Source: Laetmonice hystrix
Taxonomy: Eukaryota
NCBI GenBank assembly: GCA_965235115.1
Contig: OZ249436.1
Span: forward strand, 4,962,001 to 5,026,000
DNA length: 64,000 bases
Direction of reading: 5' to 3'
Shown: positions 39,652 to 53,700 of the stretch, piece after piece
Numbering within the stretch: position 1 is the first letter of the stretch
How the letters are laid out: the number at the start of each line of letters is the position of its first letter
The notes under the pieces: generated by a model
What the model was told of the DNA's origin: nothing
The model's database searches: none
Seen by the model: only the letters and a program-made list of their open reading frames with translations
Made by a program: the position numbers and the translations under genes

Positions 39652-40294
39652 CTTTTTGGCATCCTAAACAGATTACAAAACACTAGTGTAAGCATTCTCA
39701 CAAAACTAGACATTGGGATTAAAGGTTGGGGAATGGAGAGGGATATCTGTTGGCCCCTAAGCCTAAGAGTAGCCTTTATAATTTTTTGAAAATAATCAAA
39801 TGAACAATATTATTAGCTTTAATTTATTTATTTAATTTGCTAAAACATTGCAATGATGTAATGTTTATATCCAATTGACCTTGTTTGTAGGTCAAGGGTT
39901 GGGCAGTGTAATAATTTATGAGTGCCCCCAATAACAACATTACAATGCTTTTCCTATGGTGAGAGAGCTTGTGAGGACTGATTTGATGGCATGACCAAAG
40001 AATTCATGTGAAAAAGCAGAAATCCACCCAGGAACAGCTGCAAAGTGCACAAATATGCAAGTGTGTGAAGTTTGGGTCCGTGCGAAGTACAAAAGATTTA
40101 CAATTTAGGGAGGTTTGGGGACCGAGGGTGTGAGAGAGGCACTGTTCCTAATTCTATTATTACGCCTGTGAAAAACTCAATACAGTCATCTAGAAAAGCT
40201 GTACTCCAAAGTAATAGGTAAAAAAAAAAAATGGCATGGGATGGTCACTACATCTGGTGGCAGAGAACGGTACTAATATGTCCTATTGGATTAA

Positions 40295-40825
40295 ACTGGC
40301 GTGATATTCCAAAAAATGAAAGTAATACCAAAGTTATAATTTTTTTGTGTATAGCTTAGTCATAGTATAAACTTTCAAATAAAAACATAAAAAATTATAG
40401 GTTTTTACTCTTATTTTCAAGAAAAGGATGGGTAAAGATTGGTCAATTTAACATAATGAACTCAATGAGACCTGTTTTTTCCATTAAAGCTTTTCCACTA
40501 GACATCAAAAATTAGAACGGTGATCTACCTTTTTCTCTTGTTTAAAATGATCAATATTGTCCTAAGATGATGTAAAATTTGGACAAATGTTAATAGCAGA
40601 AGTAGTTCAGCAGTAGTAAAAACGTCCCAGAAAGTCTATTTCCCCATTGAATTCTATGTTAAATTGATCAATCTTTACCTGTCATTTTCCCGAAAATTAG
40701 CATGGTGACCAATCATTTTATTTTGAAGCTTATACTATGACTATGGCTGCTATACACACAAAATTAGAACTTTGTAATTGTTTTTAATTTTTGGCCTATG
40801 GCTATGCCATGGCTATGACGCCGGT
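40295..40825. mobile_element. Degenerate MITE with a TTAA-type target
   Basis: TTAA ACTGGCGTGATA ... TATGACGCCGGT TTAT. The TIR is imperfect and the right TSD is mutated. Confidence 0.5.
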
Positions 40826-42450
40826 TTATCATTAAGCCGATAAGGCTATTAGTATACATTACGTGAAGTGGAATATGACGGGGGGGGGGGGGTGCACAGA
40901 CCGCAACTGGTACTAAAAGGAGTGTTTGGTGGGGGAACGGTTGGGAACCACTGTTCTGATATCTCAGGGGCCACCGTGCTACCTCAGGCTCAGCCTCAGT
41001 CAGACTGTATACGCCTTACGTCCCCCCCCCCCCCTTACCCCCTGCATTAGTCTTATGTTAATTGTTATGGATCCGCCCCCTGTTCTCGTACCCAGCGCAT
41101 GTATATCTACCAGCTAACTAACGTTACAAGTGTCAGGGTAAATATACCGTTCCACGAGTCCTTTTATTTCTTCAAACCGGCCATCAAAGTCCGAAGATTC
41201 GTGGCCCTCAACTTCACGCTTCACATCCCTCCATTCGACCGGAAGTGGTTTCTTGGTTCCACGCTAGAGGCCGCCACATACATTGGTCAAACCAACACGA
41301 GAGGGCGCTACAGTAGGCAGAAAGATCAAAATGTCGAAGATTTTTGGGACATTGTTCAATCATTAAAGGGCAGTAATTCCAAAGGATCCCCTCCCCACGC
41401 CCCAAGTGGTAATTTATTTTTCTTCTAACAAAGGAATTAAGGAAGACCCATCGTAGCATTACAAATTTCTTTTAGATGTAGGCCTACATGAACATGTATA
41501 AAATGTTCTAAAGCGACTTTTATTGAAGGGAAAAAAAGGAATAGAAATGGCAAGATGAGAAGAGAACCACGCCCTATCCGAGTACAATGCAACCTTCCGA
41601 TTGTATTTTGCATGTGGATCTAAGATTAATGGTTGCAAAAGAAATAAAGTAACTGAAGTTACTCCAACTGCCAATTAGAGAGCTGTTCAAGTATTTACCG
41701 AATGATAAATGCCGAGCCATGAAGAGGTTAGATCGCCTTTATTGCATACGAAACCAATATGATGGCCCTTGTACATCATTCTTCTTGACATTATAATATA
41801 CAAAGCCGTTGCACCTGAATTATGTGATGTCCACCCAGGGAAAAGCAAGTGACAGAAAAACACCGTTAAGATAAATAAATGATTATATTGGGATAGAATG
41901 AGTGTCATACTACTTTACAGAGTGCAATATAAAGTACTGCACACATAAAAATGTTTAAAAACAGCCACCTTCAGGTTGCTCTGACCTTGAGTACTTTCAC
42001 TGCTCCGTAAATCTTGTTGTGTAGAGTTATTGAATAAAAATTGGTTATGTTTTAGAAAAAAAGAAATCTAGAAATGGGTTTTCCCAAAAATCTATTAAGC
42101 CATAGGGAAGTATCCAGGATTTTGGAAAGGTTTCATGGCGAAAATCTTTTTTTTAAATGGGGGGGGGGAGGGTCTAACATGGCCAATTCAGAAAGCTCTA
42201 TTAGAGAAAAAAAGGAAAATTTACACGCCCTCTCTGACCCCTCCCCCCCCCCCCCAAGACACACCGCATTCCCCACCGATACCTGGCCATAATATAATTA
42301 ATTTACGGCAGAGATGCTCTATTGTCCCCTGATAATTTCCAGTAAACATGAGAAATGGCTGACCATCTTCCAATTATCACTTGGTAAGTGGCTGATTTGA
42401 TAAACTGTCATGGTAACAAATTGGTGAAATAACATATTTTGATAATCATG

Positions 42451-45400
42451 TTAACTCTCGGTTGTAACTGTCTCAGCCTCACCCCCTGCATCCGGTGGGT
42501 TAAAGTCAGTTATTTTTATATCTATTTCTGTCCTAGTTTCTTTGCATGAATCACAGGCATTCTCCGCCGCATTACTGGGCGTGCTTGCTTCCACTGGCGC
42601 CACCTTTTCGGATACTTCCGAACCACCGTTTCCATTAACTAACATGTCCACCTTTGCTGAAGCATCACTAGTTTTGGTCAGTGCAAGACTTCCAGGAGGC
42701 TTTGTCCCATCACTTGAGCCCTGTACCATTTGTGCTTGCTTAGCTTTCTGCTCTGCTTCGTATATCAGGCGACGTTCTCTATTAAACCAAAGTCGATGGC
42801 CTGTAACAGACAAACACTGATAGTCACATCGTTTCAACACACACAAGACATTTTTCAAACTGTTGAGCTCTTCAAGTGTAAAAAAAAGTTTTAAACCTTT
42901 CAGTTTGGATCAAAGGAAATGGGCAGTATGTGCACTGTAAGCCCATCTGATGTTTTACGTGTGTTATCCTATAGTACAGCTCACCTGGGCAGTCTGCCTG
43001 TTGTTTATGGCATCTCGGTCGACAGCATGCTTTGCACAGATTGAACTCACAGCGAACTCCCTGAAAATGTAATACCTCTTGTCAAGTTTGATTCTGATGT
43101 CACCCAGCTGTACAAATGTTAATAGTTAGAACACCTAATGTTCTAAACAGAGCCTATATTATTGGCCTGAACCCAGAAACACTGACTGGTCCCCTGCTAA
43201 CTCCTCCCGCCCTCGGAGATTGAGACAGGTACACACCAAGCAAAACGGGCAGATTTCTGCCTGTTTGGGAGTCGTGACGTCAAAAAAAAAAAGACAACCG
43301 GAGCGACAGATCACTTAGCAACAGGCCGTACGACCATGGTGATATTGTCATGTCACAATCAGTAGACGTAGAAAAAAACATTTGGCATCGGTGTGTGCCA
43401 ATGAGAGCGAGTCGCTCTTCGGCCAATGAAATGGGCTAACGGGCTGCTGTGTACAGGTCTGTCTCAATCTCCGATAGGAGTTGAGCAGGGAACCAGTCAG
43501 CCAGAAACACTGCTGCCAGTCTAATGAATGTGTTCCCTTATAATGAAGAAGAGATTTCTAAATCTACTATCTCAACATGTTCTACTCATTACCTTTGGGT
43601 TGCCACACTGATCACACTGCTCATATTTTCGACCATTGCTCTCGAAGCTCTTGTATGGATTACGCTGCATCCTCTTCAACTTGTTCTTTGACAGAGGTTC
43701 ATCATTGTTTTTAATGACTGCAGGAACCTCTAGGGGGCGCTTCCGACTCTCACGTAGTAGTTTCTGTGCAGGATCGCCACTTCTGTAAAACAATATTTAT
43801 ATGAGCATGGTTAGATTATGGTAATTTTCTGCCAGTGTCTGTACAATAGAAGCCAGACTGAGCTGAACTGTAAACGGTCCACTTACTTGGGTCTTACATA
43901 CGGCTGACATATCCAGTAAGGTAGGACACTCTTTTCACCAGACTCGTCCACTTTATGTTTTGCAATGTCCTCCTAGAAATTGATAAATCACAAGTAACCC
44001 TTAGGTATTCAGGTAAATGAAGGTTACTGGTACCTTTCCAGCAGAACTATCAGTAGAACATAATCATATACTACATTATTAAAAATACCACTGTGATTTT
44101 AACAGGACTGCACCAAAATAATTTCAATGCCACTTCGGGCTCAAATGCTACAGCTTCCCCTTTGTAAAGGTGAGCTTTCAGTGTCACAGTATGAATTACA
44201 TGATATCAAGGATGGCAGTCACCGGGTCACATCACCAGCCTCTCAAACCAGTACACAACTAGCCTGTCCACTGACCTTGGAGGCTTCCTTGATTAAACGG
44301 ATGAATTCTCTGAACTCAGGAATGAGCTTGGCCCTTGCCAGCAGAGGTCGAAGGTCAAGGTGAACCTGAAGGCTAGACCCAAACGGATAAAATTTATATG
44401 AGAAAAATCAACCATAAAAATTACAAAAATCATAATGCAATCTTTCTTACAGTATTAACTCCTTAAATTCTCCCGATACAAGGTAAATGGATTCTATACC
44501 AGTGGTGGAAGATTTTGAAGAGATGCCCTCGGATGAAGGACAAAGGACAAGGGTATTGCTCATAAAGGTCAAGATATTCTTCACCCATGTCCCAGGCTGC
44601 ATACGTTCCACCAGTAAATAGTCCTGGGTTGTACAGATTGCCCTCTGTTGAAGAAAAGAAATCATCATGTAACATTCTCCACAGCTTCTAAGAGACAGTC
44701 TAATTTTGGACCTCTAAATAAAGCTGATGGGAATCACTGCTCTATAGCTAAAAGTCAACTGATTCTTTCAAAATTTAATGCTTGTCCAGTTTAATTATAG
44801 TTTTTAATACTCTGCAAAATAGTATTGTAGTTTAGGGAAGCAATCTATATACATCATAACCCCTATGGATGCACAAGCCACAATTTTTTACCATCAAGGT
44901 ACCAGACTTGAACAAATGCATTGTATTCCAGGCAAGTGTATTGTGGCATGCCAGTTACCTGCACTCATGACTCCATCGACACCAGTCTCTTTGATACAAC
45001 GTTCAACATCCCTCATGTACTGAATGTTTCCATTGGCATACACGGGTATCTTCACAGCATCCCTGGTGACATACATTAACATCAAAGTCTGTAGGGTACA
45101 ACTTAGCGTTACATAGCATTAGATCTTGTCAGGATAAAGATTTTAAAAAATAGATGCCTGACAGATTTCAAATTTTCAACAGATTTGCTGGTACTGGGAA
45201 GCACTGTGTGAGTGGGTAGATACATCACTGACCTGATAGCTTTGATCATGGTCCAGTTAGCCAGCCCTGTGTTGATACCCTTCTGTTCTCGCGTCCTTCC
45301 ATGCACGGTCAGCAGCTAAAAGTACCATAAGATTATCATCAGAGCAAGCAAGATTAACAAAAGTTACTTGATACAAATGTAGCCTTTGTATTGTTTTGTT

Positions 45401-46627
45401 ATTTCTGTGCCTTATGAAGACATACCTGACACCCAGCAGCCTCCAAGGTTTTTGCATACTGGACTGTTCGTTCAACAGATTCCAAGATTCTCATCTTACA
45501 AGTGATGGGAACTTTAAGGTGTTTGTGACACTTTCTCACTGCAACATAAAACCTATTAGTTTTAATCACTCTCATTAAAGTAAGATAGGGCCTTAGACTA
45601 GATAAATCAATAAATGTATATATAATGGAGAATCTAATGAAATTCTATTTGACTGACCTGGCATTGAGTTGAATATCCAATGAAATTCATCAGTTTATGG
45701 CCCGATGAATTTCATTGGCTGTTCAACTCAATGCCAGCCTTGCCAGGTCAATAATTTTGTCAACAAGCACTCATGAAACGATCACCTCATTAATTCTGCT
45801 GGTCACAATGTCCACCATCATCAAACGCAGGAAAAAAAAGTTAACCTCACAAGTTTTTTAAACATTAATATTTCCATCACTTACAAGCCTTTTTTTGTAG
45901 TCTGAATCCTTTCTAATTGATGAATGTCCCTTCTTTTATCTAAGGTAAGGCTAGAGCTAAGAAATACTGACCCATTTTGCTAACGAGATCCCATTCATCT
46001 TGCAGGAAAGCACCGTAATGACCACGCTTGGCAATTGACTGCGGACAACCAAGGTTCAGGTCAATGGCATCACAACTGTCTTCTGCCAGTTTAGCTGCCT
46101 TCAGCAGAGTGTCTGGGTCGTTTGCACAAAACTGTAAATGAACCAGAACATATCAATATCAGTTTTGACATTAAGTAGTGCAGAAGAGAACAAAATGAAC
46201 TCTAATAAACAACTACAGTGTGACTAAAACAACATTTAGATTTACAACCTTTTTTTATTTTCATAACATTTTAGTCCAAGATTTTGTAATATGGTGTCCA
46301 ACTCTTGGACAGGCGAGGTAGTAAAGAAATTCAATCTCTGCAATGCCATACCTGCGCAATGAGAGGACGATCTTCAGGGGTAGTCACAAGGTTTTCTTTC
46401 CTGTAGCGAGCATCTTTCACAAACATTGATGCATGTAACATTGGAGTGTAGCACAACTCTGCACCATAGCGTCTACTCAGCAGACGCCATGCAAGTTCAC
46501 TCTGGTCTACCATCGGGGCCACTACAAGGCGAGAACTTTTTAACGTCTTCTGCCAAAATTGATAACCGGACAGCTTTTCAGGGTAGTCTAGCTCTTCTGA
46601 CACCACTTTCAACTCATCTGAAGACAT
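42451..46627 (-). CDS. DUS1L: tRNA-dihydrouridine(16/17) synthase-like, 11 coding exons
   Basis: Exons (all GT-AG, frames join): 46627-46352, 46131-45972, 45538-45426, 45315-45233, 45062-44959, 44644-44500, 44372-44276, 43972-43887, 43782-43593, 43060-42985, 42800-42451. Motifs: [78 protein letters not shown], and a C-terminal Cys cluster [14 protein letters not shown]. Confidence 0.95.
43182..43500. mobile_element. 319-bp MITE with a 9-bp TSD (Mutator-like) in a DUS1L intron
   Basis: CTGACTGGTCCCCTGCTAACTCCT..TCGGAGATTGAGACAG is mirrored at the right end. TSD CCAGAAACA at 43173-43181 and 43501-43509. Confidence 0.85.
45654..45750. repeat. Palindromic element in a DUS1L intron
   Basis: CTGGCATTGAGTTGAATATCCAATGAAATTCATC pairs with GATGAATTTCATTGGCTGTTCAACTCAATGCCAG. 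Confidence 0.8.
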
Positions 46628-47379
46628 TTTCTTTGAATGCAAATTCCTTCCAGAGTAATTGTCTTTCTGAAAACAGTAGAAGGGTAGAATTTCATTGCAT
46701 TCATTTACAAAAGCCCTGAAATTGATCCAATAGGAATAAAGAATAAGTAGCCTGTAGGTCACGTTTTCCACAAACTCACGGTCAGGCAGTCAAACCAATG
46801 TTGTAGGGTCAAGAGGCTCTCACAGGCAGACAATATGTAGGCCTATAAAACTATATATCAACCCTCTCAACTCGGGCCAGTGTGAATCAACTTTCCGAAC
46901 TGCAGTATTTATGCAGTCAACTAGTTTGATGTGGAAATCTGTAGTATGTTTTAAACCATGAACCAAACTGTGTGCCAGAACCTGTCTACTCCACTGAATG
47001 CTATAGTTAAGACCCGTGTTTTACCAAGGCACTGACTGTTTGGCAGGCTGTAACTTTTTTTTTATTTCGGTGACCCCCAATTTTTTTTGTTTTAAACTAT
47101 TAGTCCTGATCCACTTTATTTTGTCACCAAGTTTCAGGAAAAAATTGGTGGTCATTTTTTAACTATTAGTCAAAATGTCTGAAAAATCCTGTTTTTCCCA
47201 TTGAAACCTATAGTAACGACCCATTTTTTACGGAGGCCTGTATAAAAAAAATTTAATTCGGTGACATATGATTTTTTTTCTTTCTTTGTACTCCTAAGGA
47301 CAAAGGCTATCCCCCATAAAAATATTTTGAAAATTCTAGTGGTCAATCAAATTCCGTCGAACACTCACATTTCCCTTTA

Positions 47380-48951
47380 AGTTTCTAAACGGTGTCTTCC
47401 AGAACACCGTTTAGTTGTCGAGTGACGCTGGCCTAGTGACTCTCGGACGCTCTGCGAAGAGGTCCATTATCGCAACTTTGCGGCCTTCGTTTTGGTATTA
47501 AACTTCTTCCACGGAGCATGAAATCGATTTTTATAGAGAGCCACGGTATTGAAATTTCTATTCCGACCTTGATTATAATTATCGGACAAATATACCGTCC
47601 ACACGGTCCAGTTGTTTATGAGCAAGTCGGGTCCGTAGCTCCATCAGCCATCTGCAGTGCACCGAGTGACCGGGAACTGATAAAAGTTAGGTCGGTCACT
47701 GGTACCCGAAACGGTTTGTTTCACTCTTTGCCGTCACCGTCTGTTTGAGCAGGTAGCGCGACCTACTTATGCGGTCCATTCCGGATCCACTGTAGTGGTC
47801 GAAAATACGCACACCCGATAAACAGGGTCACCGCTCGTCGCGTGCGCTGCGATGTATTTGACCAAACAAACTGAGAATTTCACCTACTAAGATAACATCC
47901 AACAAAATACATTTACGTATCTGTTGAAGTAACCTCTTTTGTGTACTCATAGGAAGTTTCAGTGCCAAAAGTGGTCTGAAACATGACTTTGAGGCGATGA
48001 TGCGCGGTAGGACCGAGATAGAACCCCGGCAGCATAGCAGTCGTTGGGGCATTTGTACTCGACGGTCAGAGTCCGTATGGACGTCAGGACTAGGACTCTT
48101 GACTTGTTGTACTCCAACAAGTCAGAGTCCTAGTCCTTATGTCCATACTGAACTAGACTTGTTGGAGTAGCCTAGCCGTAGCCGTAGGGCTAGGCTAGCC
48201 TATAGTTCAGTTTCTAAACGGTGTCTTCCAGAACACTGTTTAGTTGTTGAGTGAGGCTGGCCTAGCGACTCATGGACGCTCTGCGAAGAGGTCCGTTATC
48301 GCAACTTTGCGGCCTTCGTTTTGGTACTAAACTTCTTCCACGGAGTATGAAATCGATTTTTATAGAGAGCCACGGTATTGAAATTTCTATTCCGACTTTG
48401 ATTATAATTATTGGACAAATATAACGTCCACACGGTCTGGTTGTTTACGAGCATGTCGGGTCCGTAGGTCCGTCAGCCATCTGCGGTGCACAGAGTGACC
48501 GGGAACTGATAAAAGTTAGATCGCTACTGGTACCCGAAACGGGTAGCTTCACTCTGCGCCGTCAGCGTCTGCTTGAACAGAGCGCGACCTACTTATGCGG
48601 TCCCTTCCGGATCCACTGTAGAGGTCGAAAATACGCACACGCGTATAAACGCGGTCACCCGTGCTGCGCTGTATTTGACCAAACAAACTGAGAATTTCAC
48701 CTACTAAGAAAACATCCAACAAAATACATTTACGTATCTGTTGAAGTAACCTCTTTTGTGTACTCTCAGCAAGTTTCAGTGCCAAAAGTGGTCTGAAACA
48801 TGACTTTGAGGCGATGATGCGCGATAGGACCGAGATAGAACCCCGGCAGCATAGCAGTCGCTGGCGCATTTGTACTCGACGGTCAGAGTCCGTATGGACG
48901 TAACTCGTAAGGACTAGGACTCTGAGTCTGACTTGTTGGAGTAGGCTAGCC
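47380..48951. repeat. Imperfect tandem duplication (period 829 bp) upstream of DUS1L
   Basis: AGTTTCTAAACGGTGTCTTCCAGAACAC at 47380 and 48209. The paired ORFs at 47828 and 48549 are near-identical. There is an internal inverted repeat at about 48076-48148. Confidence 0.9.
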
Positions 48952-50784
48952 TAATGCCACAAGGTCAATTCTAAATCTAATGCACTTGAGGAAAATTGCC
49001 AAAATCACAGCAGATAATCACGACTTGAAATATGCTCATAATTACTGACGATTATCGAGAAATTACCATTCAACATAGGACCTCCTCCTTGCTTTCACAC
49101 GTTGCGCTGATACCGGATGTAGAAATAGTAAAGTGCAAAATTTGACATGATTGGTTAGTCTCGGCTCAGTCCGCCAGGGGGCTGGAACATCGATGTGCAT
49201 GGATCCACATCGATGATTGAAACAGTCAGCCTGACTTCTTGGCCTTGGGGTGTTAGCCGTGTTTACGGACGTATATTGAAAGTGTATACACATCACATCA
49301 GAATTGTAACTTTATAGACGGCTAGACTCTGTTTGTCTATGCGGTGTTTTACTTGTTCATCAAAAAAGGGGGCACATGCAAACAGACCAAAAATACACAG
49401 TCACAGAGCCAGAGGCCTGAAAATAAAACTGAATCTTTTAACATTTTGACTGTTCACACTGTAGGACTGGCTCCAGATAGTTTTCGATGTTATCTAGAAT
49501 ATCTTTTGTGCCATTTCAATGGGTTTCGGTATAGATGCACCAAAGATCTGTGAAAGATCATTCTAAATCATATCGGTCATTCTTTGCTTTGGTTGCAGAA
49601 TCCCCCAAGTGGAAGAATATGGAACTAAGAAAACTTGATTGTAGCCGTTGACAAATTTTGCTAAACAGAGAAGGGAAGTATTATCCGGAAGTGATTATGG
49701 AAAACACCAACACGGCAATGCCGAACTTTATCTCAGGTTGAAAGGTAAAGAAATGTCATTTCCTTATTGGAACAAGACAGTCAGTATATAGGCCCATTTT
49801 CCTACTGACGGTCTCCTCTTCAAGTACAGTTTGTCATAGTTCAATAGTTGCCCCCCCCCCCGACAGCATGAGTCAGTGCAGGAAATTAGGAATGCATGAT
49901 GAGCCATCATCAGGACAGGGGGCGTGACGACGCCGCCTGAGCCCCTGGAAAGTTGTTCGTTACGTCATCATTTACCCTACATCAGTAGTACATAACATGG
50001 GTATAGCCTTAGGCTTTGACTGCAATGGCAATGCCCCTCCAAAGTTAAAAACTATTGAAAATTATGTTGCCTTATGTCAGCTTCAATCTACTATAATCTA
50101 GGACTAGGCAAGGAAGTTATTTTTACGAATTGCAGTCTCAGTCAAACTCTAACTTAGTCTAAGTGGATTCCTCTAAGTCTAAGTAAAATTTTTCTTTTCA
50201 ACAATTTAAATAGATATACTGCAATTAGTTTGAATGACGAACCTATCACCAAAGACTGTCAGTGTCACTGTCAATCAGTTATAGATCTCTAAAGCCAGTG
50301 AGATTAAAATCAAATCGCAGACTGAGACACAGGGAAGGTTTAATCACATTTTGGGGGGATAAAAACTTCCGTTGTGATGTCACAAATCACACCCTCTGCA
50401 GGGGTCACATAATAACCCTCCATGAATTTTGCTCCATGGGTTTTCCGGTTCCAGTTTTACATGACAAAAACTTGATGTGAGACCGTATACATGTGTAGAA
50501 TGGCCTTGGCCTCCCTTGTCAACCGAGCCTTGTCTATATACATACGTGTCGTCATAGAGCTTGCTTTGCGAGCTGCTTTGCGAGCCGTTTCATGGCTCGC
50601 TGCGCTCGCTATTACTTGTAAAGATTTAACATTACCTGATGTTCTCTAAAAACATCTCATTGTGATTTATTTCCAAGAGACATTTTGTTTTACAGGTGTC
50701 TAGGTAATGAAACCAGAAACAGTGAGAAAGTGAAGTGTTACATAATCTCCTCAGGTTATTGGTAACCTAAGGAACGGATCAAAG

Positions 50785-53700
50785 ATGGGGTCATTATTCC
50801 GGAGTGAAGAGATGACATTGTGCCAGCTGTATCTCCAGGCTGATGCAGCGTACGCTGCTGTCTCACAGTTAGGAGAACTTGGAATCATGCAGTTTAAAGA
50901 TGTGAGTAAAGATGTTTGTTCGAAGGAATTTTCTTGGAAAACAATCTGATGAGGCAGAGAGGAAAATCTTTTTGGAAGAAAATTTTTCGCCTAGTCGAAG
51001 AGATCAAACTTGAGAAATCAGAATGGCGGCCATCTAGGTATCCACGAGTGTGTGAAATCGTGTCTGGATTGAAAATGGAAGACGTTCAAAATATATTTCC
51101 AGCTGCAATTGTGTTTAGTAGAAATGTAATAAGTATTGGATTGTGTTTTCAGCTCAACCAGGAGACTAATGTCTTCCAAAGGAAATATGTGAATGAGGTA
51201 CGCAGGTGTGAGGAGATGGAACGCCAACTCAGTAAGTAAACAATGAAGGTGCACACTCGCCTAACGCAGTGTCCATAAATTACAGAAATAATGGTGTCAT
51301 AATGGTTTGCCATGAAGGGTGTTCTGAGAGGCCTTCTCTGTCTTGTATGCAGTTACTCAATGTTTGAATGTCTTTGTTAACAGGGTACTTTGAGAAGGAA
51401 TTATGTATGGAGAATATGAAACCAGACTCCGTGCTAAGTGCTCCCAAGGCTCCATCTCCACAGGAAATCGTTGACTTTGAGGTCAGTATTGTACATATTA
51501 TCATAAAATAACAGCATGATGTGCTAACCTGAGCATGCTCTCCATGCTTGAAAAAAATCACTGTCCAATCATCTGAGACAACTAAAATATGTCTTTGGGC
51601 GAGTAAAATTTAATGTTTGTTCGGACGAGTGTGGAAACGTGAAAGTGAATTACTGTCAGGCAAGTGGCTCATGGCTGCCGCTTGCCTAAAGGGCAAGTGA
51701 AGTTGATAGATATTGTTTGAGCCCTGATAGGCACTGGTAATGTGGCAGTTGGTAATGTATTTTGAGTCACTTATCAGACACATATGGTTCCTGTGATTTC
51801 CCATTGGTTTTACGCTGATTATTTCACACTTAAAGCTGCAAGAAAGAAAATACACTTTGGAGTATCATAGAATGCTGGAATGATTTTATAAGAGTACAGT
51901 TTCCATACGTGCTTGTGTTTATTATGTATTGTGTCTGCACACTTATAGATCAACAAACATTACTGCCCAGTAAGTCAATCTTATCTTGAGACCTCAGTAG
52001 GTTTTATTAAGTGTACAATCATTTGAAAATGAAAAATGTTTCTTGGTTTTACAGGCTACATTTGAGACTCTTGAGAGTCAACTAAAGGAAGTGAGCAATA
52101 ATATTGAAGCTCTGGCTCGTAATTACTACGAGCTTCGTGAGTTAACAAATGTCCTGAGCCTCTCTCAAGCTTTCTTTGAAACCGTAAGTACTGCGGCATC
52201 AACCAAATTATTTATGTATTTGAGCTGATGGTGTGACACAATAACCTTAATCACATATTGATTTTTTTTATTACTCTTATTAAAAAAAAATTAAAAGTAA
52301 GACCTTCATGGCCATTGATTGCCTGTGGGGACCAACGATTTTTTGTTGTACTGGCCTATTTTAATTATTAAACACAAGTGATTGTAGAAATGCTCTGATA
52401 AAGAAATGTAGTATTTAACATAAGTTTATGCGTCGTGTGTAAGTATTAATGTTGATATTGTTTGGATATTTGTGTGTTGTCATGGGAATCATTCAGGATT
52501 GTCAGAGTTTGGAAACAGTACCTGAGGTGCGACAGGATATTGAAATGGGCAGAGTGCAAGAGTTTGAGGGGTCTCGCATGAAACTGGAGTGAGTATTTTC
52601 CCTATCATAAACACAGTCCATTTCTTCTAAGAGAAGGGAGTCTTGTGTCACATGTTGAATTCTTATATTTAAAAATGTAATCCCAACTTATTAACCTTTC
52701 CAGATAAGCTCATAATCATCTCATTTCCCCAACAGGTTTGTAACAGGTGTGATCAATCGGGATCGATTAGAACCGTTTATGCGCCTACTTTGGAGAGCAT
52801 GTCATGGGGCCACCTTCCTGAGACACACAGAAATTAGTGAGGACATACATGACATTACACTGGTAGGTCTACGTTCTCTGCCAGCCTGGTTTTAGTGGTC
52901 ATAGATGCCTAGATGTTGATGATATGAACTGTGAAAGTAGCACAGTAACAAAGTGAACATTTTTTGTGATGATGCAGCACCAGAATGTAAATGAAAACCA
53001 CTCTATCATGTCTTTTTTTGTAAGCAGTGCTGCCAATTGTTGTTTTATTTGTGTTTGGTAGCCACCTGACACTCGGAACTGGGTAAGAGTGTTGCTCATA
53101 ACAGAACTCACATGGATAACTTAACTGTTTTCAGTTGTAATAATTTTGCAAGATTTGCAGCTTTCCTTGAATTTCTAAACCATTGTTTTATTGCTATGAG
53201 TGATATTCAGTGCCTACTGCCTGCAGATTTTTACTAGAACTAGCCAATTATGTACCATAATTCGCAGTGTATAGGTCACAACTTTGTTCACCGAGATGGA
53301 TTTTGGCAGCCTGGCCTGCCCCTGGACATGGCAGAAAGGCCCACACTCAGGTTGATCAATGCCATGGACATAACTTTTCCTGGTATATCTTATCTTCTTT
53401 CCTGAAAGTGCCATTCTTGTTTGGCTATACTTTACACCACGACCACCCTCTTATACTTTTATTGCCGGCACAATATAATGAGTGTGTAGTTAAAATGAGG
53501 GTATTTAATAGACTCCGCCGGACCGCCACTAATTACTAAATAAAAATTGCCTTTTGGTATGGGACACTGACTCCAGGCCACACATGTGGTACATAATCAG
53601 TTTAGTGATGACAGTCAGTTATACCAGATCATCTCATATTGTGTGGCATGATTTAAAACTAACCTCCTTGCATCAAACATAACCAATTGGTAGTGGACTT

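Noticed and set aside
47380..48951. Link between the 829-bp duplication and the 828-bp array
   Set aside because: The period is similar, but no sequence similarity was seen.
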